From contig OY776510.1 of the NCBI GenBank assembly GCA_963675665.1, forward strand, positions 2,048,001-2,112,000: a stretch of 64,000 bases of DNA. The letters run 5' to 3'. This stretch comes from Spirochaetia bacterium. GTDB lineage: Bacteria; Spirochaetota; Spirochaetia; UBA9216. Of this stretch, positions 49,159 through 58,749 are shown in pieces. The notes below the pieces were generated by a model, which saw only the letters and a list, made by a program, of their open reading frames with translations, did no database searches and was not told where the DNA came from. A program made the translations under genes and the position numbers. Numbering within the stretch: the stretch's first letter is position 1; every line of letters starts with the position of its first letter.

Positions 49159-49996
49159 GCAGACTCAGGTTCCTGATATTGCGGAATTCCGCAGCGGCAA
49201 GGATTTCCTTCACCAGGGTTATCTCGGTATCCTTTGCTTCATGCAGGGGAGAGCCTTCCCTGAGACCTTTCAGTATATAATCGAGCTTTTCATAACTCAT
49301 TCCCAGCGCAAACTCGTCGGTTATGCCGGGGGCAATATCCGGGCTCGGTTTCTTGTCTATTATCTTTCTGGGGATGCCGAGTTCTTCGGCAAGTTTAAAA
49401 ACTTCAGTTTTGTAAAGATGCATGATCGGTTCAATATCGGTTGAATCATCACCCCATTTAATATAGAAGCCCGTAAGCATTTCTGTCAGGTTTGTAGTCC
49501 CGGCAACGGCGCAGCCGCGTTTTTCCGCTTCGAAATACAGGCTGATCATCCTGAAGCGGTGTTTTGTTCTGTAATAGGCAAGGTTTTTCCGATTGGCTGA
49601 ACCTCCGGAAGTTTTTAAATCGTTCAGGTACGGTGTTTCGGTGCTGTTCCAGACATTTGCGGCGTATTTTTCCTGAATCCTGCGCGGAAATAATCCAGCC
49701 GGGGGTTTCATGCGGTAGACCCCGAGTTTTCTGACAAGCGGAGTTATGGGTTTCAGTTTATAATCTATTTCCAGATAATCACAAACAAGCAAAGAATCGG
49801 CTATTGTACTTTTTGATGAATCACGTTCAGGAAGCAACAGCCCGAAGACCCTGTGTCTGCCGAGCGCATTTATTAAGAGTTTTCCTACTACGGCGGAATC
49901 AATACCACCGCTTATTCCTATTACGGCACCCTCAAAGCCGTACCGGTCAATGTTCTCCCGTATAAAATCAATAATTCGGTCGTTCTCAGAAGGCAT
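49142..49996 (-). CDS. nadE: NH3-dependent NAD+ synthetase
   Basis: GISGGIDS, GTTNLTE, KWGD, LYKTEV, PSPD...TDE. Confidence 0.92.
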   Translation of the reverse strand: MPSENDRIIDFIRENIDRYGFEGAVIGISGGIDSAVVGKLLINALGRHRVFGLLLPERDSSKSTIADSLLVCDYLEIDYKLKPITPLVRKLGVYRMKPPAGLFPRRIQEKYAANVWNSTETPYLNDLKTSGGSANRKNLAYYRTKHRFRMISLYFEAEKRGCAVAGTTNLTEMLTGFYIKWGDDSTDIEPIMHLYKTEVFKLAEELGIPRKIIDKKPSPDIAPGITDEFALGMSYEKLDYILKGLREGSPLHEAKDTEITLVKEILAAAEFRNIRNLSLLNSAE

Positions 49997-50151
49997 AATC
50001 TACCTCCAGTTCCAAGATAACCCCGTTTGCATTCAGATGCAAGAAAAAGAAAGCAAAATAAACTGTTCTGTGAATAACAGGTAACTGTAGAAAAAAACGT
50101 TGATTATTGCAGATTAATATCGTATAAATGAGCTTACCTGAGGATTTTACT

Positions 50152-50571
50152 ATGAAAAAGATTATTTTATTAATGCTTATTACACTGTTGGCATTATCAT
50201 GTATGTTTTCTTCAATGCTGCCCGAACAGGTTGTTACCAATTTTATCGAGGGTCTGGAGAACCAGGATATTGATCTGCTTATGTCCGCTTATCATTCGGA
50301 CGCTGATTTCCGCTTTGTTGCCCCGGACGGTTCGGAAGACAGTTATACCGGAGCGGATGAAATCAGGGCTGCCCAGCTTGGAGGTTTTGAGGATCAAACG
50401 CTTACTCCCGAGATTAGAATCATGGATTGGGAAGAATCAACTGATAAAAGCAAAGTTACTTATTACCTGGTAGCGGATTTTACCGAGTTTGAACTTTTTA
50501 ATACCCTGGAATTGACATCAGAGTTTTATTCCTGGGGAATTCTTCACCAGAAAGTTGAAATCAACCAGTGA
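50152..50571 (+). CDS. Putative lipoprotein, NTF2/SnoaL-like
   Basis: MKKIILL...LALSC lipobox; FIEGLENQDIDLLMSAY..DA. Confidence 0.65.
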   Translation: MKKIILLMLITLLALSCMFSSMLPEQVVTNFIEGLENQDIDLLMSAYHSDADFRFVAPDGSEDSYTGADEIRAAQLGGFEDQTLTPEIRIMDWEESTDKSKVTYYLVADFTEFELFNTLELTSEFYSWGILHQKVEINQ

Positions 50572-50651
50572 AAACCGGCCGCGGCCGTATAATTAAAATA
50601 TCTCCTTTAAAAAATATTGACAATACCTGAGCAAAAAAGTTAACATCAATC

Positions 50652-50745
50652 ATAGCCGAACAGAAAAATCTAAACACAATGTGCATGATTTTCTGTCTAT
50701 GGGTATATCCGGAAACAGATATGCCTCCCGTGTTTGGAAAGGCAG
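50652..50745 (+). ncRNA. Moco RNA motif lacking P3 (putative tungsten-cofactor riboswitch)
   Basis: GCCGAA, CUAAA..CAUG receptor in P2, GGGU..GGAAAC..GCCU P4, CCGUGUUUGG P5, AAAGGC; lies upstream of tupABC. Confidence 0.85.
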
Positions 50746-50801
50746 AGAGTATAATCAAGATAAAACTTTCCTGCCTTCAGATTAACCATTTGGAGGAAAA
50801 A

Positions 50802-51680
50802 ATGAAAAACACACTCAAAACAGTATCCGTTCTTCTGCTGTTGGCCGTAAGTTTTCTGGCTTTTGCCGGCGGTCAGCAGGAAGCAGCACCCGCAGCGCCG
50901 GGACAACAGGAGGCCGCCGCGGTTCAGGCGGCACCCGAAAACCCGAGGTTAAAACTGGCAACTACAACCAGCACCGAGAATACAGGGCTTCTCGACGTGC
51001 TTCTTCCGGCATTTGAGCAGAAGACCGGTTACAAGGTTGATGTAATCGCAGTGGGAACCGGTAAAGCAATTGCTCACGGAGAAGCAGGCGATGTTGATCT
51101 GATCATGGTTCATGCAAGAAGCCGTGAAGATGCTTTTGTTGAAAACGGATTCGGGGTAAATCGACGCGATCTCATGCATAACGATTTTGTTGTGCTGGGT
51201 CCTGATTCTGATCCTGCCGGGATTAAAGGAATGAATGATGCAGCAGCGGCATTCGCGAAGATTGCTGAAGTGAACGCTGATTTTGTATCCCGGGGCGACG
51301 ATTCCGGAACTCACGTCAAGGAGAAAGAGATTTGGCAGTCTTCCGGCGCTGTCAATGATGGCAAGTGGTATAAGGAAGCCGGCCAGGGTATGGGAACAGT
51401 TATTACAATGACCGACGACATGCAGGGGTATACGCTTACTGATCGCGGTACATATCTTGCAATGAAAGATAATATAACAATTGATATAGTTGTTGAGGGT
51501 GATCCTGTTCTGTTTAACCCATATGGAGTTATTGCTGTCAATCCTGAACTTCATAAACACGTCAATTTTGAAGGCGCAATGGCTTTAATCGATTTTGTCA
51601 CGGGAGCGGAAGGGCAGGATATAATCAGGAACTTTAAAAAGAACGGTGAGCAGCTGTTCTATCCCGATGTAATAAAATAA
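50802..51680 (+). CDS. tupA: Tungstate ABC transporter substrate-binding protein
   Basis: ATTTSTENTGLL, GTGKA, VHA, FVSRGDDSGTH, GQGMG, DRGT. Confidence 0.93.
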   Translation: MKNTLKTVSVLLLLAVSFLAFAGGQQEAAPAAPGQQEAAAVQAAPENPRLKLATTTSTENTGLLDVLLPAFEQKTGYKVDVIAVGTGKAIAHGEAGDVDLIMVHARSREDAFVENGFGVNRRDLMHNDFVVLGPDSDPAGIKGMNDAAAAFAKIAEVNADFVSRGDDSGTHVKEKEIWQSSGAVNDGKWYKEAGQGMGTVITMTDDMQGYTLTDRGTYLAMKDNITIDIVVEGDPVLFNPYGVIAVNPELHKHVNFEGAMALIDFVTGAEGQDIIRNFKKNGEQLFYPDVIK

Positions 51681-51696
51681 TTAACAGGTTTTCAAT

Positions 51697-52380
51697 ATGG
51701 ATGGAGCGTTTGTTCAGGCGTTAAAACTTCTTGTCTCTCTGGATCGGGAAACTTACTACATCGCCGGGACATCGCTCCGATTTGCTTTAGCTTCAACGTT
51801 GCTATCGGCATTAATCAGTTTGCCCGCAGGTGCTATTCTGGGGCTGTACCGGTTTCGGGGCAGAAGAATCGTTATAACTGTTCTTAATACACTTATGGCA
51901 ATGCCTACGGTTGTAATCGGCCTGATAATTTATTCCGTTATCTCCCGATCTGGACCGCTGGGGTACCTCGGGCTTCTTTTTAACCCTTCGGCGGTAATTA
52001 TAGGCCAGACAGTTCTTGCATTTCCGATAATTGCATCAATGGTGAATACCAGTGTCGGCCGGCTTGACATCAACCTCAGGGAAACACTGGTGACTCTCGG
52101 CGCTTCGCGTTTCAGGATATTCTTCACTATTATGTGGGAAGCCCGGTTTGCCGTAACTACCGCTCTGCTTGCGGGTTTCGGCAGGGTAATCGGTGAAGTG
52201 GGAGTTTCGATGATGCTCGGAGGCAATATACGGTGGTGGACCCGGACAATAACCACAACTATCAGTCTTGAGACAAGCAAGGGGCAGTTTGAACTGGCTC
52301 TTGCTCTCGGTGTGATTCTGATGGTAATTGCGTTTCTGGTAAATTTTATCACTCACTGGACGGTGAAGCATGAGAATTAG
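51697..52380 (+). CDS. tupB: Tungstate ABC transporter permease
   Basis: MPTVVIGL, SRSGPLG, GEVGVSMMLGGNIRWWTRTITT. Confidence 0.92.
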   Translation: MDGAFVQALKLLVSLDRETYYIAGTSLRFALASTLLSALISLPAGAILGLYRFRGRRIVITVLNTLMAMPTVVIGLIIYSVISRSGPLGYLGLLFNPSAVIIGQTVLAFPIIASMVNTSVGRLDINLRETLVTLGASRFRIFFTIMWEARFAVTTALLAGFGRVIGEVGVSMMLGGNIRWWTRTITTTISLETSKGQFELALALGVILMVIAFLVNFITHWTVKHEN

Positions 52381-53332
52381 CAATCTGAAATTCAGTTACG
52401 AACCGTGGAACCCTGATAACGGGAATGTTCTGGATATCTCGCGTCTCGACATTCCGGAAAAAGGCTGTCATGCGATTCTGGGACCTAACGGATGCGGTAA
52501 AACAACCCTGTTGAAACTTGCAGCCGGCCTGCTTGTTCCCGAATCCGGAGTTGTTGAGACGAATGCAAATGCAGTAATGGTGCATCAGCATCCTTATCTG
52601 CTGTCGGGAAGCGTATTCAGTAATGTGGCTTACGGGCTTAAGATAAAAAAAATTCCGCGAGATGAAATTGAACGGAGGGTGACCGCTGAGCTTGACCGGT
52701 GGGGGTTACAGGCGTTAAAAGACCGGCATTCACAAAAACTTTCGGGCGGAGAGAAACAGCGTACGGCAATAGCAAGGGCAATGGTTTTGAAGCCGGACCT
52801 TTTGCTGCTGGACGAACCGACTGCAAGTGTGGATCCTGAGAACATCAGCCAGATGGAAAACCTTATCTCAGATATTATTCAAACAGGAACTACAGTTGTT
52901 TTCAGCACTCACCATGTTGATTTTGCATACAGAACGGCCGATTCCATAATAAAACTTGAGAACGGGAAGCCGGTAGAGCATGACGAGAATATGATATCCG
53001 GAAAGATCACCGGACATGACGAATATTTCAATTTTTATGAAGCAGCCGGAACAACATTGTATTGCCCGGGGCGGGACGGAGATTTCCGAAGAGCGGTTTT
53101 TTCTGTTAATGATGTGATTCTGTCCCGCGAAAATATCAAATCCAGCGCCCGGAACGTTATGGAATCTGTTGTTGCAGAAATAATTGAAGAAGGGAAGACC
53201 TGCATGGTAGAACTGAATGCCGGTTTCATTTTCAAGGCAAGAGTATCTGCTGCTTCTGTTAATGAACTTGGACTTGAGAAAGGGCAGAAAATCTTTGCCG
53301 TTTTAAAATCATCGGCTATCAGGTTGTATTAA
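52370..53332 (+). CDS. tupC: Tungstate ABC transporter ATP-binding protein with TOBE domain
   Basis: GPNGCGKTT, LSGGEKQR, DEPTA, SSARN TOBE. Confidence 0.9.
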   Translation: MRISNLKFSYEPWNPDNGNVLDISRLDIPEKGCHAILGPNGCGKTTLLKLAAGLLVPESGVVETNANAVMVHQHPYLLSGSVFSNVAYGLKIKKIPRDEIERRVTAELDRWGLQALKDRHSQKLSGGEKQRTAIARAMVLKPDLLLLDEPTASVDPENISQMENLISDIIQTGTTVVFSTHHVDFAYRTADSIIKLENGKPVEHDENMISGKITGHDEYFNFYEAAGTTLYCPGRDGDFRRAVFSVNDVILSRENIKSSARNVMESVVAEIIEEGKTCMVELNAGFIFKARVSAASVNELGLEKGQKIFAVLKSSAIRLY

Positions 53333-53411
53333 CTTATTAAAACGGGGCGATATTTAAAATCCACTGTACTAAAAAGTAAATATTCTGTAAATTTACTGTG
53401 GCAGGAAGGGT

Positions 53412-54092
53412 ATGGCGGAAGAATATTACAGAAAACTTATTGACCTTGTGGGAAAAGAATTTAACGGTTGTGACCGAAGGCTGATCGGAAGCGAGGAGTT
53501 CTTCAGATCAGCAGTGCTGGTGCCGTTTATGGAAGCAGACGGGGTAGATTCAATATTGTTTGAGAAAAGGGCCGCAGGTATCAGGCAGGGTGGAGAAATT
53601 TGTTTTCCGGGAGGAATGGTTGATGATGAAGATAGTACCTCCATTGAAACAGTCATACGCGAGACTATTGAAGAGACCGGAGCAGATGCGGATGATGTTT
53701 CAGTTTTTGACTCAGCCGGATATCTGCTGACAAGAAACGGTTCATTGATTGATGTTTATCTTGGGTGGATGGATATTTCATCGATTGCCGATTTCAGGCC
53801 CAACCCTGATGAGGTGGAGAAGCTCTTTGCAGTTCCTGTGAAATTCTTTCTTGATACCGAACCGGAATTCTATAATTACAGACAGACATGTGAACCATGG
53901 TATAGTGATGAGAAAGGCCAACGTGTTGACCTTTTTCCTGCAAAGGAGCTTGGACTTCCTGAAACATACTGGAATCCCTGGTCAAATGACAGAAACAGGT
54001 TTGTGGTATACCGCTTTGAGGGCGAAGTTATCTGGGGAATTACCGCGCGAATTATGAACACTGTTTCCAAACTATTACGAAGGGTCGGGTAG
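53412..54092 (+). CDS. CoA pyrophosphatase (Nudix)
   Basis: SAVLVP, QGGEICFPGG, RETIEETG, IWGITA. Confidence 0.9.
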   Translation: MAEEYYRKLIDLVGKEFNGCDRRLIGSEEFFRSAVLVPFMEADGVDSILFEKRAAGIRQGGEICFPGGMVDDEDSTSIETVIRETIEETGADADDVSVFDSAGYLLTRNGSLIDVYLGWMDISSIADFRPNPDEVEKLFAVPVKFFLDTEPEFYNYRQTCEPWYSDEKGQRVDLFPAKELGLPETYWNPWSNDRNRFVVYRFEGEVIWGITARIMNTVSKLLRRVG

Positions 54093-54107
54093 TATAACCG
54101 GGTACTG

Positions 54108-55004
54108 TTACAGAATACGGTATGTTTTTCTGAAGCTGAATTTTAAACCCTCGTGAATCATGTAAAGCGACGTCAGAAAAATAATATAGGCCCCGAGCGG
54201 ACCAAAAAGAATCCATTGATCGTTGTATATATAAAACCTTGCCTGACCTACCAGACCAGCCCATTCATGAAGCCTTGAATTGTAAGTCGGAGGGTCAAAA
54301 GTCATCACTGTGGCGCCCAGGAAAACTCCGAAAATTCCCATCTGGCCTATTGTGTTAAGTACCGAAATCATCTCGCCTATAAAAAGAGTAAGCAGCCGTT
54401 CTTTCAGAAAAGGAAGAATATGATGGGTTACAAGATAGATGTTTCCGGCGCCTGAAGCCCTTGCTGCTGTGAAGAATTCCTTGCTGGCAAGTTCCCTGCC
54501 TACAGCTTCAATAGCTGCGGCGCTTGCCGGTGTTCCGAAAATCAGTACTATAACGGAGAAAATCGATATCAGTATAAGCTCGTTAAACGGAAAGTTTATT
54601 GAGATTCTGGCGAGAACAAAGTATATGAATACAATCTGGGGCAGGGCATTCAGAGGAGTTGCTTTTAACATATAGATATTTTTACGCTGGTTAAGCGCAG
54701 CTGAAATTCCGAAAAGACCTCCGATTAATACTTTCAGTGCTGCAAGAATGAATGTTATTCCGACAGTCCACCTGGCTCCGTAGAGTATAAGCGATAAAAT
54801 ATCTCTTCCGCCTTTGTCTGTTCCGAGAAAAAAGTCTTCCGACGGAGGCGAAGGAGGCGCTACAAGCTCCCGACCTTTATCAGTTAATTCATACCTGACC
54901 TGTTCGGAAAATGTTAAAGGGTATTTGGCCAGTGACGGGCCGAAAAAAGCTGCAATAAGTACAGGCAGCAGCAGCACTGCGCCGATAACTAATCTGAAAT
55001 TCAT
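54108..55004 (-). CDS. Peptide/nickel-type ABC permease (OppC-like)
   Basis: FLGTDKGGRDILS, EFFTAARASGA, HILP. Confidence 0.85.
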   Translation of the reverse strand: MNFRLVIGAVLLLPVLIAAFFGPSLAKYPLTFSEQVRYELTDKGRELVAPPSPPSEDFFLGTDKGGRDILSLILYGARWTVGITFILAALKVLIGGLFGISAALNQRKNIYMLKATPLNALPQIVFIYFVLARISINFPFNELILISIFSVIVLIFGTPASAAAIEAVGRELASKEFFTAARASGAGNIYLVTHHILPFLKERLLTLFIGEMISVLNTIGQMGIFGVFLGATVMTFDPPTYNSRLHEWAGLVGQARFYIYNDQWILFGPLGAYIIFLTSLYMIHEGLKFSFRKTYRIL

Positions 55005-55930
55005 GGTAAACCCCGTCTGAATATAATTCCGATCAATTGAAGTACGGCAAAGAGGCAGATATATACCGCCAGATAAAGAAGCAGCAGCATCAGGATGGTG
55101 TTGACAGTACATGAGTACTGGCTGATATTGTTGAAAAGAAATGATGTTATTCCCTTGTTGTTAAACATCAATTCCGTTATGAAAAGATTTGAGAACAATA
55201 TTGCAAGAATTTTATGTAAATCGCCTTTTATATAATGGATTGCAGCAGGTCCGACATGGAAAAAACGTATTTGCCGTGCAGAAAGCCCTTTGGACCGGGC
55301 AAAAGTAATATACTGCTGGTTATTGACGTCTTTCAGCCAGCTTCCTGTTGTTCTGAGAATGTAAAGGACGGGGTAGCAGCTTAATATCAACAGCGGTAAA
55401 AACACCGCACGGTCTGAGGCGGATGAAGTATATATTCTGACAAGATTTCCACCGGCAGCCTTGTTAATATAGAAAAACAGGAACTGTATTAAAAATATGA
55501 GAATAAAATCCGGCAGTACTGTCATGAAAGAAAGAAACTCGTAAAAAGCCGAATTCCGCTTTTTTTCGGCTGTCAGGAGACTTGCGGGAATCCCGATTAA
55601 CAGGCTGATAACCCCTGAAAGACAGAGGTATGATAATGATACTTTAAAATATCTGGGGGCCTGGTTCAGCCAGTTTCTCCTGGTTTTGCCTTCGCGGTAA
55701 TCGAATACTGTACCTTCCTTTATCTGCCTCATGTATAAAAGAGGTTTCTTCCAGATGTTGTCGGGATGAAAATGAATCTTATACAGTTTTTTTCCGATAA
55801 AATCCGGGTCTCCTGAATTTGAATAATACTGAATAACGGATGGCCGGCCGTATGAAAAAAGAGACGGCAGGGCAGCTATTAGCAGGACCAGGGCAAAGAT
55901 CAGCAGAATCATTGCGGCATAATGTTTCAT
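55001..55930 (-). CDS. Peptide/nickel-type ABC permease (OppB-like)
   Basis: QYITFARSKGLS, TELMFNNKGI. Confidence 0.85.
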   Translation of the reverse strand: MKHYAAMILLIFALVLLIAALPSLFSYGRPSVIQYYSNSGDPDFIGKKLYKIHFHPDNIWKKPLLYMRQIKEGTVFDYREGKTRRNWLNQAPRYFKVSLSYLCLSGVISLLIGIPASLLTAEKKRNSAFYEFLSFMTVLPDFILIFLIQFLFFYINKAAGGNLVRIYTSSASDRAVFLPLLILSCYPVLYILRTTGSWLKDVNNQQYITFARSKGLSARQIRFFHVGPAAIHYIKGDLHKILAILFSNLFITELMFNNKGITSFLFNNISQYSCTVNTILMLLLLYLAVYICLFAVLQLIGIIFRRGLP

Positions 55931-56748
55931 TGCGGTTCCTCAGGAAATATATGGTCGGCAAGACCGTTCCAGATTACAGGATGAGGGAATGTTCGGTATT
56001 CTTCTCTTTCTATTTCGCTGTTATTAAAGAAAAGTGTTTCTTCCAGTTCGTTTACAATTCCCCGGGAGCGTGCAGTTGCCGTCAGTTCAACTGCCTCGTT
56101 TATAATTTGTACTATTTCCGTTTTATCTGAATCCTGCAGCATCTTCTTGTTTAAAAGGTCAAGAAAATACCACGAAAAAAGCGGGAGTCTTGTCTGTCCG
56201 TCGATTCCCCTGCTTCGAATATTGACTTCGTCAAAGCGGCATGAAGCGGCAAGCAGTGATTTCGGCAGTTTCCTGCGCAGGTAGCCGAGCCTGCCGTTTA
56301 CTACCCATACCGTTTCCGGTTTTCCGGTTTTAAGAGGGTTAAGAAATTCGTCCCCCCACGGAGCATCTGCCAAAAGAATTTTCCCTTTGCAATCCAGAGA
56401 ACGCCACAGGTCGGGCATCCAGAGATTCCATTCGCTTGACAGGAGAACTCTTGAACTTCCGGTTATCAGCATAAAGATACATACTTCATCCTCCTGAATC
56501 CTGTCGATTTCTTTTATAATAACATCCACAGTTTTATCAGAAATAAACTCGGAAAGAATGAGCATCTGCGAAAATGTTTTTCTCATTTCTGAAATTATGC
56601 TTTTAAAATACGGTGTTTGCAGGTAATTTTCAGGATCACAGATTATTATTACAGTTTTATTGAAATCAACTGACACAGTTTCCACCCGCCCGCTGCAGCC
56701 GGGAAGAAAAAACAGGAGAACCGGAAGTATAAAAAGCAGACGTCTCAT
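55927..56748 (-). CDS. Hypothetical lipoprotein
   Basis: MRRLLFILPVLLFFLPGC lipobox; stop overlaps the permease start. Confidence 0.7.
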   Translation of the reverse strand: MRRLLFILPVLLFFLPGCSGRVETVSVDFNKTVIIICDPENYLQTPYFKSIISEMRKTFSQMLILSEFISDKTVDVIIKEIDRIQEDEVCIFMLITGSSRVLLSSEWNLWMPDLWRSLDCKGKILLADAPWGDEFLNPLKTGKPETVWVVNGRLGYLRRKLPKSLLAASCRFDEVNIRSRGIDGQTRLPLFSWYFLDLLNKKMLQDSDKTEIVQIINEAVELTATARSRGIVNELEETLFFNNSEIEREEYRTFPHPVIWNGLADHIFPEEPQ

Positions 56749-56765
56749 TAGTTATTGTCCCGCTT

Positions 56766-56860
56766 GAAAAGACAGCGGCCTGTTAATGGCCGCTGAAAAA
56801 GGAGTTAAGTAAGTTATGAAAATACCGACGGCCGTAATAAGCCGACGACCTTCGATATTA
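56766..56860 (-). ncRNA. Candidate small RNA or attenuated leader
   Basis: TTGACC-N17-TATTAT promoter, 5' hairpin, single-stranded AACUCCUUUUU, GC-rich terminator hairpin. Confidence 0.4.
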
Positions 56861-56901
56861 CGATTAATAATATGCTCCAAAAACTCAGGGGTCAAGTCTT
56901 T

Positions 56902-58041
56902 TTATTGATTAATATGAACAATCTCGGCAGGAGGAAAGCCGTTGAACCATGTTGAAGAAGCCCTGCTGTATGCTCCGATATTCTCACTGTAGACAAGATC
57001 TCCAATCTCAAGATCGGGCAGTTCTTCAGCAAGTGAAATAGTGTCGAGAGCGTCGCAGGTGGGACCGAAGACCGAACAAATCTGCTTTGGGCCGGTTTTT
57101 AATGCCTGAAGATGGTATTTACAGTGGTCGAAAATTATGCCTGAGAAAGTGTGATAGACACCGTCATTTATATAATAACATCGTTTTCCGCTTCGATCAG
57201 CTTTGCCTATTACTGAAGCCACCGAGGTACAGGCTGTTGCAACGAGAAATCGGCCCGGTTCGGCAAAGATTTCTATATTGCTGTCGAATAAACGGTCAAG
57301 TTCGGAATTAAGTCTGCGCGCGAGATTTTTAAAAGGCTGGACATTGACGTCATACGGCGCAGGAAAACCGCCGCCGATATCGACGATCTTCAGTTTTTCA
57401 TAACCGCTCAGCTTTGCCTCATTTATAATGCCCGAAACTACACTCAGAGCCTGTATATAATTTTCAAAATTTGTAGTCTGGCTGCCTACGTGAAAACTAA
57501 GGCCTTCAACTACCAGTCCCTGACTGTGGGCTTCTCCAATCAGCTCTACTGCATCGCCGGGATCAGCCCCGAATTTTGAGGAAAGCTCAACCATTGCTCC
57601 GGTATTGGGGACTTTTATTCTCAGAACAAGTCCGGCATTGGGTGCATATTGTTTAACCTTGTGGATTTCATCGATATTATCAAAAGTCACCAGCGGTTTA
57701 TATTTATCAAGTTCGATTAGCGTTTTTATATCTTTTATCGGATTAGCGTATATGATCTTTTCCCATATGAACTTTTGTCGTGCATTTTCAGGCATTTCCC
57801 TTATGTTTTCATGAACAAGCAGAAACTCGTTCATTGATGCAACGTCAAAACTTGAACCCATATTGTAAAGGGTTTTTACTATTTCAGGATCAGAATTGGC
57901 CTTGACTGCGTAAAAGATCTGGACTCTGGGAAGCAGGCTTTTAAAATCAATGTAATTTTTTCTGATAATATCATGATCTATTATAAAGAGCGGAGTTCCA
58001 TTTAAAGTCGCAAGATTCTCAAGGGTGCTGAGCTTGGCCAT
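56902..58041 (-). CDS. Fold-type III PLP-dependent decarboxylase (ornithine/lysine decarboxylase)
   Basis: FYAVKAN, SSKFGA, FHVGSQ, DIGGGF, EPGRF, GPTCD, GAY. Confidence 0.92.
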   Translation of the reverse strand: MAKLSTLENLATLNGTPLFIIDHDIIRKNYIDFKSLLPRVQIFYAVKANSDPEIVKTLYNMGSSFDVASMNEFLLVHENIREMPENARQKFIWEKIIYANPIKDIKTLIELDKYKPLVTFDNIDEIHKVKQYAPNAGLVLRIKVPNTGAMVELSSKFGADPGDAVELIGEAHSQGLVVEGLSFHVGSQTTNFENYIQALSVVSGIINEAKLSGYEKLKIVDIGGGFPAPYDVNVQPFKNLARRLNSELDRLFDSNIEIFAEPGRFLVATACTSVASVIGKADRSGKRCYYINDGVYHTFSGIIFDHCKYHLQALKTGPKQICSVFGPTCDALDTISLAEELPDLEIGDLVYSENIGAYSRASSTWFNGFPPAEIVHINQ

Positions 58042-58641
58042 TTATTCCTCTATGTCGAGAAAATTCCTAAGCTGCTCTTTTGCCTGATTCAGGGCTTCAA
58101 GGTAGTTTTTGGACAGGTTTCCGATGTTCTGTGAGTAAGCCTTCTGAAAATCCGGATCATCCATAGGATCCAGTTTTATTCGCGAACCGGTCTGGGCAAA
58201 TATGGCTTCCTCTTTTTGTTTTAATACGGGTTGGTACTGGGCTGCCAGCTGTTTTTCCATCTGTTCGCGGTTCTGGAGATACTGATCAAAGAATTGAACC
58301 AATTGTTCAAACATCTGTTTGATGCTGCCCTTTGAATCGGAAATTGCCGCAAGCCCGTCGGCTGCTTTCATAAACTCCGGTTTATAGTCTGTGTCGATGG
58401 GAAGTTTCAGTATCGACATAAACGATCCTGCCGCTCCTTTTTTAAAGGCTTCTTTCCCGTCGCCTTTCTGCTGTTTAAGGGTTTTGGAAAATTCTGCAAT
58501 TTCGGTTTTTCCTTCAAGAAAAGCTAATGCGGCTTTTCTGCCTTTCACCTTAAATTCTTTTTCCTGAAGCTTGCTTTTATCTACTTCCATTCCGGCCGTT
58601 CTTTCAAGAGCCAGTTCAAGTGCTGATTTTATTTCTGCCAT
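58042..58641 (-). CDS. Conserved hypothetical protein (DUF6657-like)
   Basis: MAEIKSALELALERT N-terminus, helical. Confidence 0.75.
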   Translation of the reverse strand: MAEIKSALELALERTAGMEVDKSKLQEKEFKVKGRKAALAFLEGKTEIAEFSKTLKQQKGDGKEAFKKGAAGSFMSILKLPIDTDYKPEFMKAADGLAAISDSKGSIKQMFEQLVQFFDQYLQNREQMEKQLAAQYQPVLKQKEEAIFAQTGSRIKLDPMDDPDFQKAYSQNIGNLSKNYLEALNQAKEQLRNFLDIEE

Positions 58642-58749
58642 GGTTTGAATATAATCCCCTTTGCTGTATGAATCAAGCCACAAATTGTTTTAATCCTCAG
58701 CCGTTACAACAAATCTGCACCGAAAAACGGCTTAGCTTCGCTGCAGATG

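Noticed and set aside
50679-50801. N-terminal extension of tupA in the ORF track (similar over-extensions at arcC, rdgB, clpX, dctP)
   Set aside because: It overlaps the riboswitch; the downstream ATG has a GGAGG RBS and a signal peptide.
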